Assembly (NCBI GenBank): GCA_964579765.1
Contig: CAZOIK010000267.1
Location: forward strand, 1 to 61,958
DNA from: an uncultured Bifidobacteriaceae bacterium
GTDB taxonomy: Bacteria; Acidobacteriota; Vicinamibacteria; Vicinamibacterales; CAVVIG01
DNA length: 61,958 nt
Direction: 5' to 3'
Under the pieces are notes generated by a model that did no database searches, was not told the origin of the DNA, and was given only the letters and a program-made list of their open reading frames with translations. Of this stretch, positions 18,321 through 26,889 are shown one piece after another. The translations under genes were made by a program, and so were the position numbers. The first letter of the stretch is position 1, and the number at the start of each line of letters is the position of its first letter.

Positions 18321-18381
18321 CTCCCGTCGAACGTTCACACCACGTCAATCCGCGGACCGTTCGCGTAAGAGGAGGCATGAG

Positions 18382-18972
18382 ATGGCACAAACGGAAGTGA
18401 GACAGCAGGACAGCGCCACCGCACTGCAGCAGCGACAGGGACACAACAACCAGCAAAGACAGGGGGCCAACGATCAGATCGCGCGCCGGCAGGCGTACCG
18501 GTTCATGAGCCCGTTCGCGCTGCTTCAGCGCATGCTCACCGACGACATCGCGAACCTTTTCGATCAGCAAGGCAGCCGCGCCGGCGGTCAGATGGCCGGC
18601 ACGGGTCCGAGCACTGCAAGCGACATGGTGACCTGGTCGCCGAAAGTCGACGTCATGCAACGCGGAAACGATCTCGTGATTCGCGCGGATCTCCCGGGCG
18701 TGAAACCTGAAGACGTGTCTGTCGAAGTGACCGATGATGCGATCGTGATGTCGGGGCAACGCAAGGAAGAGCACGTCGAGGACTGGGGCAACGTCTACCG
18801 TGTGGAGCGGACCTACGGCGCGTTCTTCAGGGAGATTCCCCTGCCGGAAGGCGCGATCGTCGATCAGGCGAAGGCGTCGTTCACCGACGGCGTCCTCGAG
18901 GTGACGGTGCCGGCGCCGTCCGAACAGGCCGCGCGCGGCCGTCGTCTGGAAATCAACAGCAGTAAGCAGTAA
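18382..18972 (+). CDS. Hsp20/alpha-crystallin small heat-shock protein
   Basis: ATG at 18382 preceded by AAGAGGAGG. Alpha-crystallin domain WSPKVDVMQRGNDLVIRADLPGVKPEDVSVEVTDDAIVMSGQRKEE...FTDGVLEVTVP. Confidence 0.9.
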   Translation: MAQTEVRQQDSATALQQRQGHNNQQRQGANDQIARRQAYRFMSPFALLQRMLTDDIANLFDQQGSRAGGQMAGTGPSTASDMVTWSPKVDVMQRGNDLVIRADLPGVKPEDVSVEVTDDAIVMSGQRKEEHVEDWGNVYRVERTYGAFFREIPLPEGAIVDQAKASFTDGVLEVTVPAPSEQAARGRRLEINSSKQ

Positions 18973-19000
18973 CGCGATAAATCGCGAGTTCGCGACGGTT

Positions 19001-19037
19001 CGGCAGCTGCGGCGGTCTTCAACACCCGCGGCTGCCG
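19001..19037 (+). terminator. hairpin downstream of hsp20 (possible terminator)
   Basis: CGGCAGCTGCGG-N13-CCGCGGCTGCCG (12-bp stem, 1 mismatch). There is no clear U-tract. Confidence 0.3.
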
Positions 19038-19048
19038 GCCGCTCCGCG

Positions 19049-19062
19049 GGCACGCCGCTTGC
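19049..19062 (+). promoter_or_regulatory. sigma54 -24/-12 promoter for the HdeD-like gene
   Basis: gGGCACG-CCGC-TTGCC, an almost perfect consensus. It implies a very short leader to the ATG at 19080 or 19089. Confidence 0.65.
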
Positions 19063-19079
19063 CTTGGAGCCTTCCCGGG

Positions 19080-19616
19080 ATGCTATCCATGGATCAATCA
19101 AGTCTCCTGATCATCAGAGGGCTTGTCGGGATTGCCCTCGGCGTGCTGGCGATGTTCTGGCCCGGCATCACGCTCGTGATTCTCGTGGGCATCTTCGGCG
19201 TGTATGCAATTCTCGACGGGCTCGCGAATCTCCTGCTCGGCTTCAGGAGCTCGCACCGCCGCTCGTGGCCGCAGATCATCCAGGGCTTGGTGGGGATCGG
19301 TGCCGGCGTGCTGACGTTCATCTGGCCGACGGTCACCGCATTGGCGCTCGTGCTCTTCATCGGCGCCTGGGCGATCGTGACCGGCGTGCTCGAGATGGTT
19401 GCCGCCGTCCGTCTGCGCAAGATGATCAAGGGCGAGTGGCTGCTCGCGCTGAGCGGCATCATGTCCATGCTGTTTGGCGCGCTCGTCTTCGCCTTCCCGG
19501 CCGCTGGCGCCGTCGGCATCGCCTGGCTACTCGGCATCTATGCCGCTGCCGCGGGCGTCGTATTGGTGACGCTGGCGCTCCGCATCCGTACGCATCAGCC
19601 CATTCCGGCGACCTAA
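19080..19616 (+). CDS. HdeD-family / DUF308 acid-resistance membrane protein (copy 1)
   Basis: Six hydrophobic segments with the DUF308 repeat pattern (LLIIRGLVGIALGVLAMFWPG..., IIQGLVGIGAGVLTFIWP..., LLALSGIMSMLFGALVFAFP). Track ORF 19059 starts at TTG; ATG 19080 is preferred. Confidence 0.8.
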   Translation: MLSMDQSSLLIIRGLVGIALGVLAMFWPGITLVILVGIFGVYAILDGLANLLLGFRSSHRRSWPQIIQGLVGIGAGVLTFIWPTVTALALVLFIGAWAIVTGVLEMVAAVRLRKMIKGEWLLALSGIMSMLFGALVFAFPAAGAVGIAWLLGIYAAAAGVVLVTLALRIRTHQPIPAT

Positions 19617-19792
19617 ACATTGGAGAAGCTGTGGCCCGCGTCCTGACAGCCGGCGCCCTCGCCACGGGTTCGCGCTGGTGGGGAGTCAGGATCTCCTCAC
19701 CTCGACAGGGGTTCAGCTCGACGCCGGAAGGATCATGCCCCTCGGGATCGCCTTCGACCACACGGCTGCTGTGCCCTGCCCCAGCCATTTCG

Positions 19793-19806
19793 GGCACAGC
19801 CAATGC
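19793..19806 (+). promoter_or_regulatory. weaker sigma54-like promoter upstream of the atypical receiver gene
   Basis: GGCACA-GCCA-ATGC with correct spacing, but the -12 is ATGC. It lies 47 nt upstream of the ATG at 19853. Confidence 0.4.
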
Positions 19807-19852
19807 GTCACTCGCACGTGTCTCTCAACGCCGAGTCCCGACCATCCACTCA

Positions 19853-20425
19853 ATGCGTCCGGTCGCACTCCTCGTCGATCGCAGCGCCGACAACCGTCGC
19901 ATGTACGCGGAGTATTTACGATTTGTCTCGTGGCGCAGCGAGGAGGCGACGGACGGACGCGACGGCTTCATAAAGGCGCTCACGCGCCCTCACGATGCCA
20001 TCGTCATGGAGACGCGGCTGGCGTTCATCAGCGGGTTCGAACTGTGCCGCATCCTCAAGCACGATCGGCTCACGGCGGCCGTGCCGATCGTCTTCGTCAC
20101 CGGCGACGGCTTCCGTTCGAACGTCGAACACGCGCGCCGGGCCGGCGCCGACTCCGTGCTCGTCAAGCCCTGTCTGCCTTCGAGCCTGGCCGTCGAACTC
20201 AATCGGTTGCGTGTCCACCAACCGCCGGACAGGGTGGCGAGCGCCGGCCGAAGACGACTCGCGAAATTGACACGCTCACTCGTGCGATGCCCGTCATGCC
20301 ACGGCCGTCTCCTCGATCTCAGTCGCGCTGACGCTCTCGGGCGGTTCGACTACGTCTTCTGTAGCGTAGCCTGCGGCACCTTCGGCTACCGCCGCGAAGC
20401 GACGCGAGAGCGGAAGGCCTTGTGA
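19853..20425 (+). CDS. atypical response-regulator receiver (Glu at phospho-acceptor position) with C-terminal zinc-ribbon
   Basis: Last 190 aa of track ORF 19064..20425. MRPVALLVDRSADNRRMY...AIVMETRLAFISGFEL...VFVTGD...VLVKPC, then RCPSCHG...FCSVACG. Confidence 0.7.
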   Translation: MRPVALLVDRSADNRRMYAEYLRFVSWRSEEATDGRDGFIKALTRPHDAIVMETRLAFISGFELCRILKHDRLTAAVPIVFVTGDGFRSNVEHARRAGADSVLVKPCLPSSLAVELNRLRVHQPPDRVASAGRRRLAKLTRSLVRCPSCHGRLLDLSRADALGRFDYVFCSVACGTFGYRREATRERKAL

Positions 20426-20462
20426 GGCACCGGAGTTGCTCCTGGCGTGCCGGGAGGGACTC

Positions 20463-21206
20463 ATGAAGTTATCGCTTGTATTGGCGACGGCGCTGGCCGT
20501 CGCGGCAACGGCGCCCGAGAAGGCTGACCTGAAAGACGTCACACGCCATGCGGACAAATACATCGGCAAGACAATCGCCGTGGACGGCGAAGTCATGGAT
20601 GTGCTCGGACCGCATCTCTTCGTCGTGGACGCTCCGCGCTGGTTTCATCTCTTTGGCGGCATGGTCGTCGTCGTGCCGGAGCCGTTCGCGGCCATCGTGC
20701 GGCGGGATGCCCCGATTCACGTGACGGGGACCGTCGAGAAGGTCGTGTTGGCGGAAGCAAGGCGGAGGTGGGCGTTCCTGAGTGATCCCGCCATCGAGGT
20801 GGATCTCTTCGAGAAGCCGGTCATCGTCGCGAGCGAAGTGACGACCATCGCGCCGAGCGTCGTCAGCCTCAGGTTTCAACCTGGACAGCCCACGGCAGGT
20901 TCACGTGGCGACACGACGATTAAAGACGCCGGCACGATCGCGAAAGCCGGCGACAGCTCGATGGCCGGACGTCACGTCGACTTGAGCGGCACCGTGTCGC
21001 GTACGGTGGGCGAAGGATTCTGGCTGAAGACGATGTCTGGCGACGAAGTGTTCGTGCTTCCGGCATCGAAGACGTCCGTGCGGCCATCGCAGAGTGTCGC
21101 GGTGCAGGGTACGCTGCTCGAATCGCCGCGACGTTCGTCTGGCCAAGCTGCGCCCGCCACGAAACAGCCGACGTACGTGTATGCCGACAAAGTGACGCCG
21201 AAGTAG
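20463..21206 (+). CDS. hypothetical exported protein with two internally repeated modules
   Basis: MKLSLVLATALAVAATAP signal. The modules GKTIAVDGEVMDVLGPHLFVVD...IHVTGTV and GRHVDLSGTVSRTVGEGFWLKT...VAVQGTL look like a duplication. Confidence 0.6.
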   Translation: MKLSLVLATALAVAATAPEKADLKDVTRHADKYIGKTIAVDGEVMDVLGPHLFVVDAPRWFHLFGGMVVVVPEPFAAIVRRDAPIHVTGTVEKVVLAEARRRWAFLSDPAIEVDLFEKPVIVASEVTTIAPSVVSLRFQPGQPTAGSRGDTTIKDAGTIAKAGDSSMAGRHVDLSGTVSRTVGEGFWLKTMSGDEVFVLPASKTSVRPSQSVAVQGTLLESPRRSSGQAAPATKQPTYVYADKVTPK

Positions 21207-21226
21207 CCCGGCGGCAGCCGAGGACA

Positions 21227-22327
21227 CTACGACCGACCGAAGCGATAACGCTGCTTGTCGATGTTGTAGCGTCTAATCTTCGATTCGAGCGTCGACGGCG
21301 GGAGCCCCAGACGCGCGGCCGCGCCCGACAGACCAGACACGCGTCCTCCCGTTGCCGTCAGGGCGTCTTCAATCAGCCGCTGTTCGTTTTCCTCGAGCAC
21401 GGCGTCGAGGCGCGATCCGGGTTTCCGGACAGGGCGCTCAGCGAGAAGGCCCGCCGGGATTTCGAGCAGCGGCCCGTCACACAGAATGGCGCTCTGTTCG
21501 ACGATGTTTTCGAGTTGGCGGATGTTGCCCGGCCAGCTGAACGCCTCCATCCGTGCGAGCGAGTTCGGCTGGACGCCACTGAACTGTCGGCCAAGCTTCC
21601 GCTCCGCCTGACGTAGAAAATGGTACACGAGCGCCGGAATGTCCTCCGCGCGCTCGCGAAGCGCGGGCAGATGAATCGGGAACACGCTCAAGCGGTAGTA
21701 CAGGTCCACACGAAATCGCTGCTTCGCCACTTCGTCCTCCAGGTCACGGTTCGTCGCCGCGATCAGGCGAATGTCGACACGCTTGGTCTGCGAGCTGCCG
21801 AGGCGTTCGAACTCTCCTTCCTGCAGCACGCGCAGCAGCGCGACCTGCATCTCGTTCGACAACTCGCCGACTTCGTCGAGAAAGAGAGTCGCGCGATCGG
21901 CCTGTTCGAACCGCCCGATCCGGCGCTGCACCGCGCCGGTGAACGCGCCGTGCTCATGACCGAACAGCTCCGAGGAGATCAGCGTCTCGGGAATGGCGCC
22001 GACGTTCACCGCGAAGAACCGATGGCCCGCGCGCTGTGACCTGCGATGAATGGCCCTCGCGGCGAGCTCCTTGCCGGTACCGGTCTCCCCGGTGATCAGC
22101 ACCGTGGCGTTGGTCGGCGCCACGCGCTCGATGCGGTCGGACGCGTCTCGGAACGCTTGCGATCGGCTGGAAATACGATCCATCGACCGCCTGTCGCGCG
22201 CCGATTCATTCCGCTCCAGAGGGTGGGGCGTCGGACGTGGACCTGACCGTGTCGCATCGTCTTCTGACATCGCGTACATGCTTTCCTCCGGACGATCTGA
22301 ATCAGACTCGAACAGTACTGCGTCCAT
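21227..22327 (-). CDS. sigma54-dependent transcriptional activator (bEBP) lacking any N-terminal sensory domain
   Basis: AAA+ core [19 protein letters not shown], the GAFTGA loop in [13 protein letters not shown], and [15 protein letters not shown]-terminal Fis-type [23 protein letters not shown]. Only about 60 acidic residues precede the AAA+ core. Confidence 0.9.
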   Translation of the reverse strand: MDAVLFESDSDRPEESMYAMSEDDATRSGPRPTPHPLERNESARDRRSMDRISSRSQAFRDASDRIERVAPTNATVLITGETGTGKELAARAIHRRSQRAGHRFFAVNVGAIPETLISSELFGHEHGAFTGAVQRRIGRFEQADRATLFLDEVGELSNEMQVALLRVLQEGEFERLGSSQTKRVDIRLIAATNRDLEDEVAKQRFRVDLYYRLSVFPIHLPALRERAEDIPALVYHFLRQAERKLGRQFSGVQPNSLARMEAFSWPGNIRQLENIVEQSAILCDGPLLEIPAGLLAERPVRKPGSRLDAVLEENEQRLIEDALTATGGRVSGLSGAAARLGLPPSTLESKIRRYNIDKQRYRFGRS

Positions 22328-22364
22328 CGATGGCGCTCAAGCTCGTACAACTACGTGGCCTGGC

Positions 22365-24185
22365 TTACAGCAGAACGATGTGATGCTTGATCGCGTACTG
22401 CACAAGCTCGGCGATCGTGTGCAGGTCGAGCGACTTCATCGCCGCGTAGCGATGAAACTCAACGGTCCTAGGGGAGATCCCAAGTGCGGTGCTGATTTGT
22501 TTCGTACTTCGCCCTTCAGCGGCCAGCTGCACGACTTCTCGCTGCCGTCGAGACAGTCTGTCCAAGCCAGTCCGCGCAGCGCCACGACGATGAACGCTGG
22601 TCTCGATTGCCTGCTCGTTCACGGCCGACGACATGAAGCTGCGGCCGGCAAGCACTTCCCGAATGGCCGTCAGGATTTCAGTGCCTGCCGAGCTTTTGAG
22701 GGAGAGGCCATGAATGTCTTTCGCGAGTCCGCCAATCAGCTCGGTCACTTTCAACAGCGGGCCGGCGAGCGCCTGCCCGGACTGCCCCGACGCCTCTGAG
22801 ATCCGCGCGACCTCCATGCCGATCGCCGCGAGGCGCTGACTGAAGACGTCGTGCAGTTCGTGGGCCAGGTGCTTGCTCTGCACTTCCTGGCCTTCGATCA
22901 GCCTCATTGTCAGGTCCTGCAGTACGGCCGAGCTTCGCTTGGACTCGACCATCTCTGCCGCCTGCCTGGCGTACAGGTCGGTCATCCGAAGAACGAGAGC
23001 GTCCGGTCGATAGGGGCGCCGGAAGTACGTCGAGATCACGCCGAGCGGCTGCCGGCTTCCGCTCAACATCGGTGTCGAGTGTACGGCCCGTACCTGCGCG
23101 GCCAGCGCGGCCTGACGGTACGGAGCGAACGCGGGATCAGTTTCGACGTCTTCGACAATGACGTGCGTGTATTCGCGGAGAGCGCGGGCGTACGTGCTCC
23201 CGCCTTCGGCGCCACCATCAAGAAACGAGTCGAGGGACTCCGTCGCGATCCCTCGGTAGGCCAGTACCTCGAACCGCCCGCTTTCAGGGTTGTGGAGCTG
23301 GAGGGTGCCTGCATCGGCGCCCTGCAGAGCCACGATCGCCTCGAGCGCCTCGTCCAGCAGCTGGTCGAGATTCATTTCCGCGTAGAGCCGGGTGCTGAAC
23401 TCGTGAAGGCGCGTCATCGCCGCCAACCCCAGCGACAGGACGTTCTTCAGCGCGATCGTCTCCATTTCGGCGCGCCTCCGCTCGGTGATGTCCTGCACGA
23501 GGCCCACGAAGAAATCGACGCTCCCGTCGGCGCGCCGCTGGCATCGCGCGGCCATGATGCTGTCGATCACCTCTCCGTTCTTGCGGATCCATCGCTTGTC
23601 CATCGAATAGCCGTCGATCTCGCCGGCCATCACGCGAGTAAATTGCGCGAGATCGGCGGCGAGATCGTCGGGGTGGGTCATTTCCGCCCAGGTTTTCTGC
23701 AACAGCTCGCTTCGCTCGTAGCCGAGAATCCGGCACAGCTCGTTGTTGACTTCGAGAATGCCCTTCGATACCGACGTGATCGCCATGCCGACCATGCCGA
23801 TCTCGAAGCAGCGACGGAGGCGATCGTCGCTTTCGCGGAGGGCCAGCTGAGACTGTTTCTGATCGGTAATGTCGATTAGCGTGTTGACGGTGCTCAGAAG
23901 AGCGCCGGACGCGTCCCGCAGCGCTTCGGGATAACAGATGACGCTGCGGCGCGTGCCGTCAGGACGCTCGACGAGCAATTCCTCGCCGCGAACCTCGCGA
24001 TAGAGCTTGAATGACCCGCACCAGCGATCGGTATTCAGCTCGGGCGTGCGTCCCCATAATGCGCGCGCCGCTTCGTTATACAGCGTGATCCGCCCGTCGG
24101 CATCGCAGGTGTAGATCGCGACGGGCAGACTCTGAACAAGTAGAGAGTCTTGCTCGGTGCGCCGCGCGTGCTCTGGGGCGCCCAT
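22365..24185 (-). CDS. PAS-PAS-GAF-HisKA_3 :: LuxR(GerE) HTH chimeric regulator (no HATPase_c, no receiver Asp)
   Basis: Two PAS-like blocks, a GAF-like block, the H-box HLAHELHDVFSQRLAAIG, then directly ...LKSSAGTEILTAIREVLAGRSFMSSAV (tail of a NarL-type receiver). The C-terminus is the GerE HTH LSRRQREVVQLAAEGRSTKQISTALGISPRTVEFHR. Confidence 0.8.
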   Translation of the reverse strand: MGAPEHARRTEQDSLLVQSLPVAIYTCDADGRITLYNEAARALWGRTPELNTDRWCGSFKLYREVRGEELLVERPDGTRRSVICYPEALRDASGALLSTVNTLIDITDQKQSQLALRESDDRLRRCFEIGMVGMAITSVSKGILEVNNELCRILGYERSELLQKTWAEMTHPDDLAADLAQFTRVMAGEIDGYSMDKRWIRKNGEVIDSIMAARCQRRADGSVDFFVGLVQDITERRRAEMETIALKNVLSLGLAAMTRLHEFSTRLYAEMNLDQLLDEALEAIVALQGADAGTLQLHNPESGRFEVLAYRGIATESLDSFLDGGAEGGSTYARALREYTHVIVEDVETDPAFAPYRQAALAAQVRAVHSTPMLSGSRQPLGVISTYFRRPYRPDALVLRMTDLYARQAAEMVESKRSSAVLQDLTMRLIEGQEVQSKHLAHELHDVFSQRLAAIGMEVARISEASGQSGQALAGPLLKVTELIGGLAKDIHGLSLKSSAGTEILTAIREVLAGRSFMSSAVNEQAIETSVHRRGAARTGLDRLSRRQREVVQLAAEGRSTKQISTALGISPRTVEFHRYAAMKSLDLHTIAELVQYAIKHHIVLL

Positions 24186-24218
24186 TCCTTGTTATAGCGC
24201 ACTTACGCACCCGTCGGC

Positions 24219-24770
24219 CTAGCTTGCACGAATCTCTTCAGCGAGTTGGCGCAACCGCAGCGCGAGCGAGAGGACGATTAACGCAAACAACCAGACATAC
24301 GATCCAATGACCCACCCGGGATCAGGCACGCCGACGGGTGACAGCGCCAACACCCCGCACAGGATCGAAAGCAAACCGGCAAGCGGCAGCGGCCACTCAC
24401 CGCTGAGATCCTTGCGAAGCGCAATGGCTACCGCAATCGAGGCGGCGCCGCACAGTAGCGCCCACACGGCAAAGACATTCACCAGCCTGTATGCGGTGGC
24501 CGCGGGTGCGGCAAACACCACCGCCCCGACGACCACGCGGACGATTGCGTCGAAAAGAAAGCTGCCGAAGCCCTCGTGCCCCTTCACGCCGATCGCGATG
24601 ATCAACGCGATGACGCCGTCGGTCAGCGCGTATGCGCCGAACAGCCACGCCAATTGCGTCATGGTCAGATTGGGCCACCACGTCATCACGCCACCGAACG
24701 AGGCGGCGATCACGACGCGCAGCAGCACGAATCCCCAGTTGGCAGCAAGCGCAGCGAGCATTGCCAGCAT
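24219..24770 (-). CDS. HdeD-family / DUF308 membrane protein (copy 2)
   Basis: Last 183 aa of track ORF 24219..25112 (MLAMLAALAANWGFVLLRVVIAASFGG...). A GGAGGA lies just upstream; the alternative start is 24761. Confidence 0.8.
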   Translation of the reverse strand: MLAMLAALAANWGFVLLRVVIAASFGGVMTWWPNLTMTQLAWLFGAYALTDGVIALIIAIGVKGHEGFGSFLFDAIVRVVVGAVVFAAPAATAYRLVNVFAVWALLCGAASIAVAIALRKDLSGEWPLPLAGLLSILCGVLALSPVGVPDPGWVIGSYVWLFALIVLSLALRLRQLAEEIRAS

Positions 24771-24781
24771 TCCTCCGTCGG

Positions 24782-25462
24782 TTAGAACCCGATCGTGATG
24801 CGGTTGTCCACCTCGATTACGCCCGGCGCGGCCCACGCCTGACGAGCGGCTTCCTCCTTCTCCGCCCATGAGCGCACGGTCCCTCTCAGAGTCACCTTGC
24901 CACCGTCGACGTCCACGGTGATCTTCTGCGCGTCGCTCTGGGCCGTTCGCACCAGCGCGTCCTCGATCTTCTTCTTCAGGTCCGCAGGCGCCGGCCGGGC
25001 CTTCACTGTGATGAGGTTCGACACGCCTTTCACGCCGGTGAGACGGCGGACGACGCGCTCGGCGTCGTCGCGCTGGAACTGCCAGTCGACCTCGCCCTTC
25101 AGCGTCACCCACGCGTTCGAGACAGTGACGTCGAGCCGGTCAATCGGAAGGAACGCGTCCCACTCCAACGCGCGCACCGCGGCGGCCGCGATGTCCGCGT
25201 CCGTGCGTTTATCATCCTTCGACAGCCTGACCTCGACGTCGTTGGCCACGGCCGTGACGCCGCGCACGCGATGGGCCGCGTCTTCGGCCGCCCAGCGCTT
25301 GGTGTAGGAGTCCACCCATCCGGTCAACGTGACGACGCCGTCCTTGACGGAGACGCCAATCTCGCTTGCGTTGACCCGCGGCTCCCACTTCAGTTCGGCG
25401 AGCACGTCCTGCTGAATCTGCGTATCCGTTCGTGTCTCAGTTGCAAGTGCCATCGTAGTCAT
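24782..25462 (-). CDS. BON-domain protein (three BON repeats, OsmY-like)
   Basis: [20 protein letters not shown]..., with three repeats of ...[12 protein letters not shown]...K..AE.AA..V.GV..V.N.I.V. The start is 25462 or 25453. Confidence 0.85.
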   Translation of the reverse strand: MTTMALATETRTDTQIQQDVLAELKWEPRVNASEIGVSVKDGVVTLTGWVDSYTKRWAAEDAAHRVRGVTAVANDVEVRLSKDDKRTDADIAAAAVRALEWDAFLPIDRLDVTVSNAWVTLKGEVDWQFQRDDAERVVRRLTGVKGVSNLITVKARPAPADLKKKIEDALVRTAQSDAQKITVDVDGGKVTLRGTVRSWAEKEEAARQAWAAPGVIEVDNRITIGF

Positions 25463-25509
25463 TCCTTTCGGTTGTCGGTTGTGTCCGACGTCGTGAACAC
25501 GCTCGGAAC

Positions 25510-25523
25510 GCAATGCCCGTTCC
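25510..25523 (-). promoter_or_regulatory. sigma54-like promoter for the BON/HdeD operon
   Basis: The reverse complement reads cGGAACG-GGCA-TTGCG with correct spacing. It lies about 48 nt upstream of the ATG at 25462. Confidence 0.45.
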
Positions 25524-25587
25524 GTCATGCCCTCACGAATCTGCGAGGGGCGGGGCTTCATCACGGACCGGCCACGGCGTGCGAATG

Positions 25588-25605
25588 CTCGCGACCAATC
25601 GCGAG
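25588..25605. promoter_or_regulatory. perfect palindrome CTCGCGA-CCAA-TCGCGAG midway between divergent sigma54 promoters (candidate bEBP UAS)
   Basis: Read directly. It is 65 bp from the minus-strand -24 and 68 bp from the plus-strand -24. A related CGCGA-TAAA-TCGCG lies at 18973-18986, upstream of the promoter at 19049. Confidence 0.4.
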
Positions 25606-25672
25606 CGCGCGAATTTTCATGATCAGGGATCCCCAGCCGTGCGCGCGCGGCGCTGAATCGTCGGGACGCGGC

Positions 25673-25687
25673 TGGCACCGCAGTTGC
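25673..25687 (+). promoter_or_regulatory. sigma54 -24/-12 promoter for the second BON gene
   Basis: TGGCAC-CGCAG-TTGCC, a perfect consensus, 59 nt upstream of the ATG at 25746 (SD AAGGAG). Confidence 0.7.
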
Positions 25688-25745
25688 CCTTCCGTCGCGG
25701 CGCCGCGCGATAGGGCGCGGCGGTTCTCTTCCAAGGAGTTGCGAG

Positions 25746-26363
25746 ATGAAAAGCCGACTGGCGATTCTATTCGGCGGGCTAGGCCTGATCCTGTCAGCCG
25801 CGGCTGCGACGACACGCGCGCAGAATTCGGCAGTGGAGGCGATCCGCAAGGAGCTGTTACAGCTTCCGTACTATGGCGTCTTCGATTTTCTGGCGTTCAG
25901 TTACGACAGGGGGACCGTCACGCTCAAGGGCTATGCGTACGCCCCCGGGCTGAAGAAGGACGCCGAACACGCGGTCAAGCGCGCCGCAGGCGTCGATCAG
26001 GTCGTCGACATGATCGAGCAACTCCCTCCGTCCCAGGCCGACGACGAGCTCCGCTGGAAGACCTACTACGCGATTTACCGCGATCCGTTTCTCGCGAGGT
26101 ACGCGCCGGGCGGAGGCATGTTGTGGGGACACCGCCACGCGTTTTCCGGCCCGTTCTCTCCTATGGGAGCGGGGCCATTCCTCGCCTACGAGGCCGCGGG
26201 CGACTACCCGATCCACATCATCGTGAAGAACCTGCGTATCCTGCTGTTGGGCGTCGTGGACAACGGGAGCGACAAAATGCTGGCCGGTGTCCGCGCGCGT
26301 GACGTGCCTGGATCGCTCGGCGTCGACAACCAGCTGGTCGTCGAAGCCTCGCACACCAACTAG
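25746..26363 (+). CDS. exported BON-domain protein
   Basis: Signal [29 protein letters not shown]-like [35 protein letters not shown] and [42 protein letters not shown]. Confidence 0.8.
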   Translation: MKSRLAILFGGLGLILSAAAATTRAQNSAVEAIRKELLQLPYYGVFDFLAFSYDRGTVTLKGYAYAPGLKKDAEHAVKRAAGVDQVVDMIEQLPPSQADDELRWKTYYAIYRDPFLARYAPGGGMLWGHRHAFSGPFSPMGAGPFLAYEAAGDYPIHIIVKNLRILLLGVVDNGSDKMLAGVRARDVPGSLGVDNQLVVEASHTN

Positions 26364-26415
26364 ACGGCCCGAGCCATCGACACACGGGGTTCGTCCGTGT
26401 GCCGATGACACCTCG

Positions 26416-26799
26416 CTACTTGGTGCTCGGCTCGATGCGCGTCACGCTCTCGCAGTCGGTGAGCACCACGGGAACGCCGGCCGTCGGATGCACTGTCGGC
26501 TTGACCGCGCATGTGACATCCACTTTCTGACCGACCTTGACGTCACCAAGCTTCTCGCCGGTGGCCGCCGGCACCGGCAACGTGATCTCGACGGGCTTGC
26601 CCGGCGCCACGGGCACCGCGGCGACGTCGCGAACGGTAATCGTCTTCGCTTGCGGATCGACCGCGACGACCTCGACGGCGACCGGCGCGATGTCCGAGGC
26701 CGAGCTGCTTCTCTGCTGCTGCTGTCGCTGTTGGGCCGCGACGCCCTGCGCCAGGAATACCGCGACGCCGACGGTGATTGCGAAACCGAATGGCTTCAT
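26416..26799 (-). CDS. small exported protein, unknown function
   Basis: Signal MKPFGFAITVGVAVFLAQGVAA followed by a Gln-rich linker and a beta-rich C-terminus with two Cys. Confidence 0.55.
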   Translation of the reverse strand: MKPFGFAITVGVAVFLAQGVAAQQRQQQQRSSSASDIAPVAVEVVAVDPQAKTITVRDVAAVPVAPGKPVEITLPVPAATGEKLGDVKVGQKVDVTCAVKPTVHPTAGVPVVLTDCESVTRIEPSTK

Positions 26800-26889
26800 G
26801 CTGTCTCCTTGGGGAGCGATGCGGAGGCTCCCGAAAGGCGCGACTGTTCACAAACAACGCCAATCGCCTCGGAGATCGACCCCTTCTCG

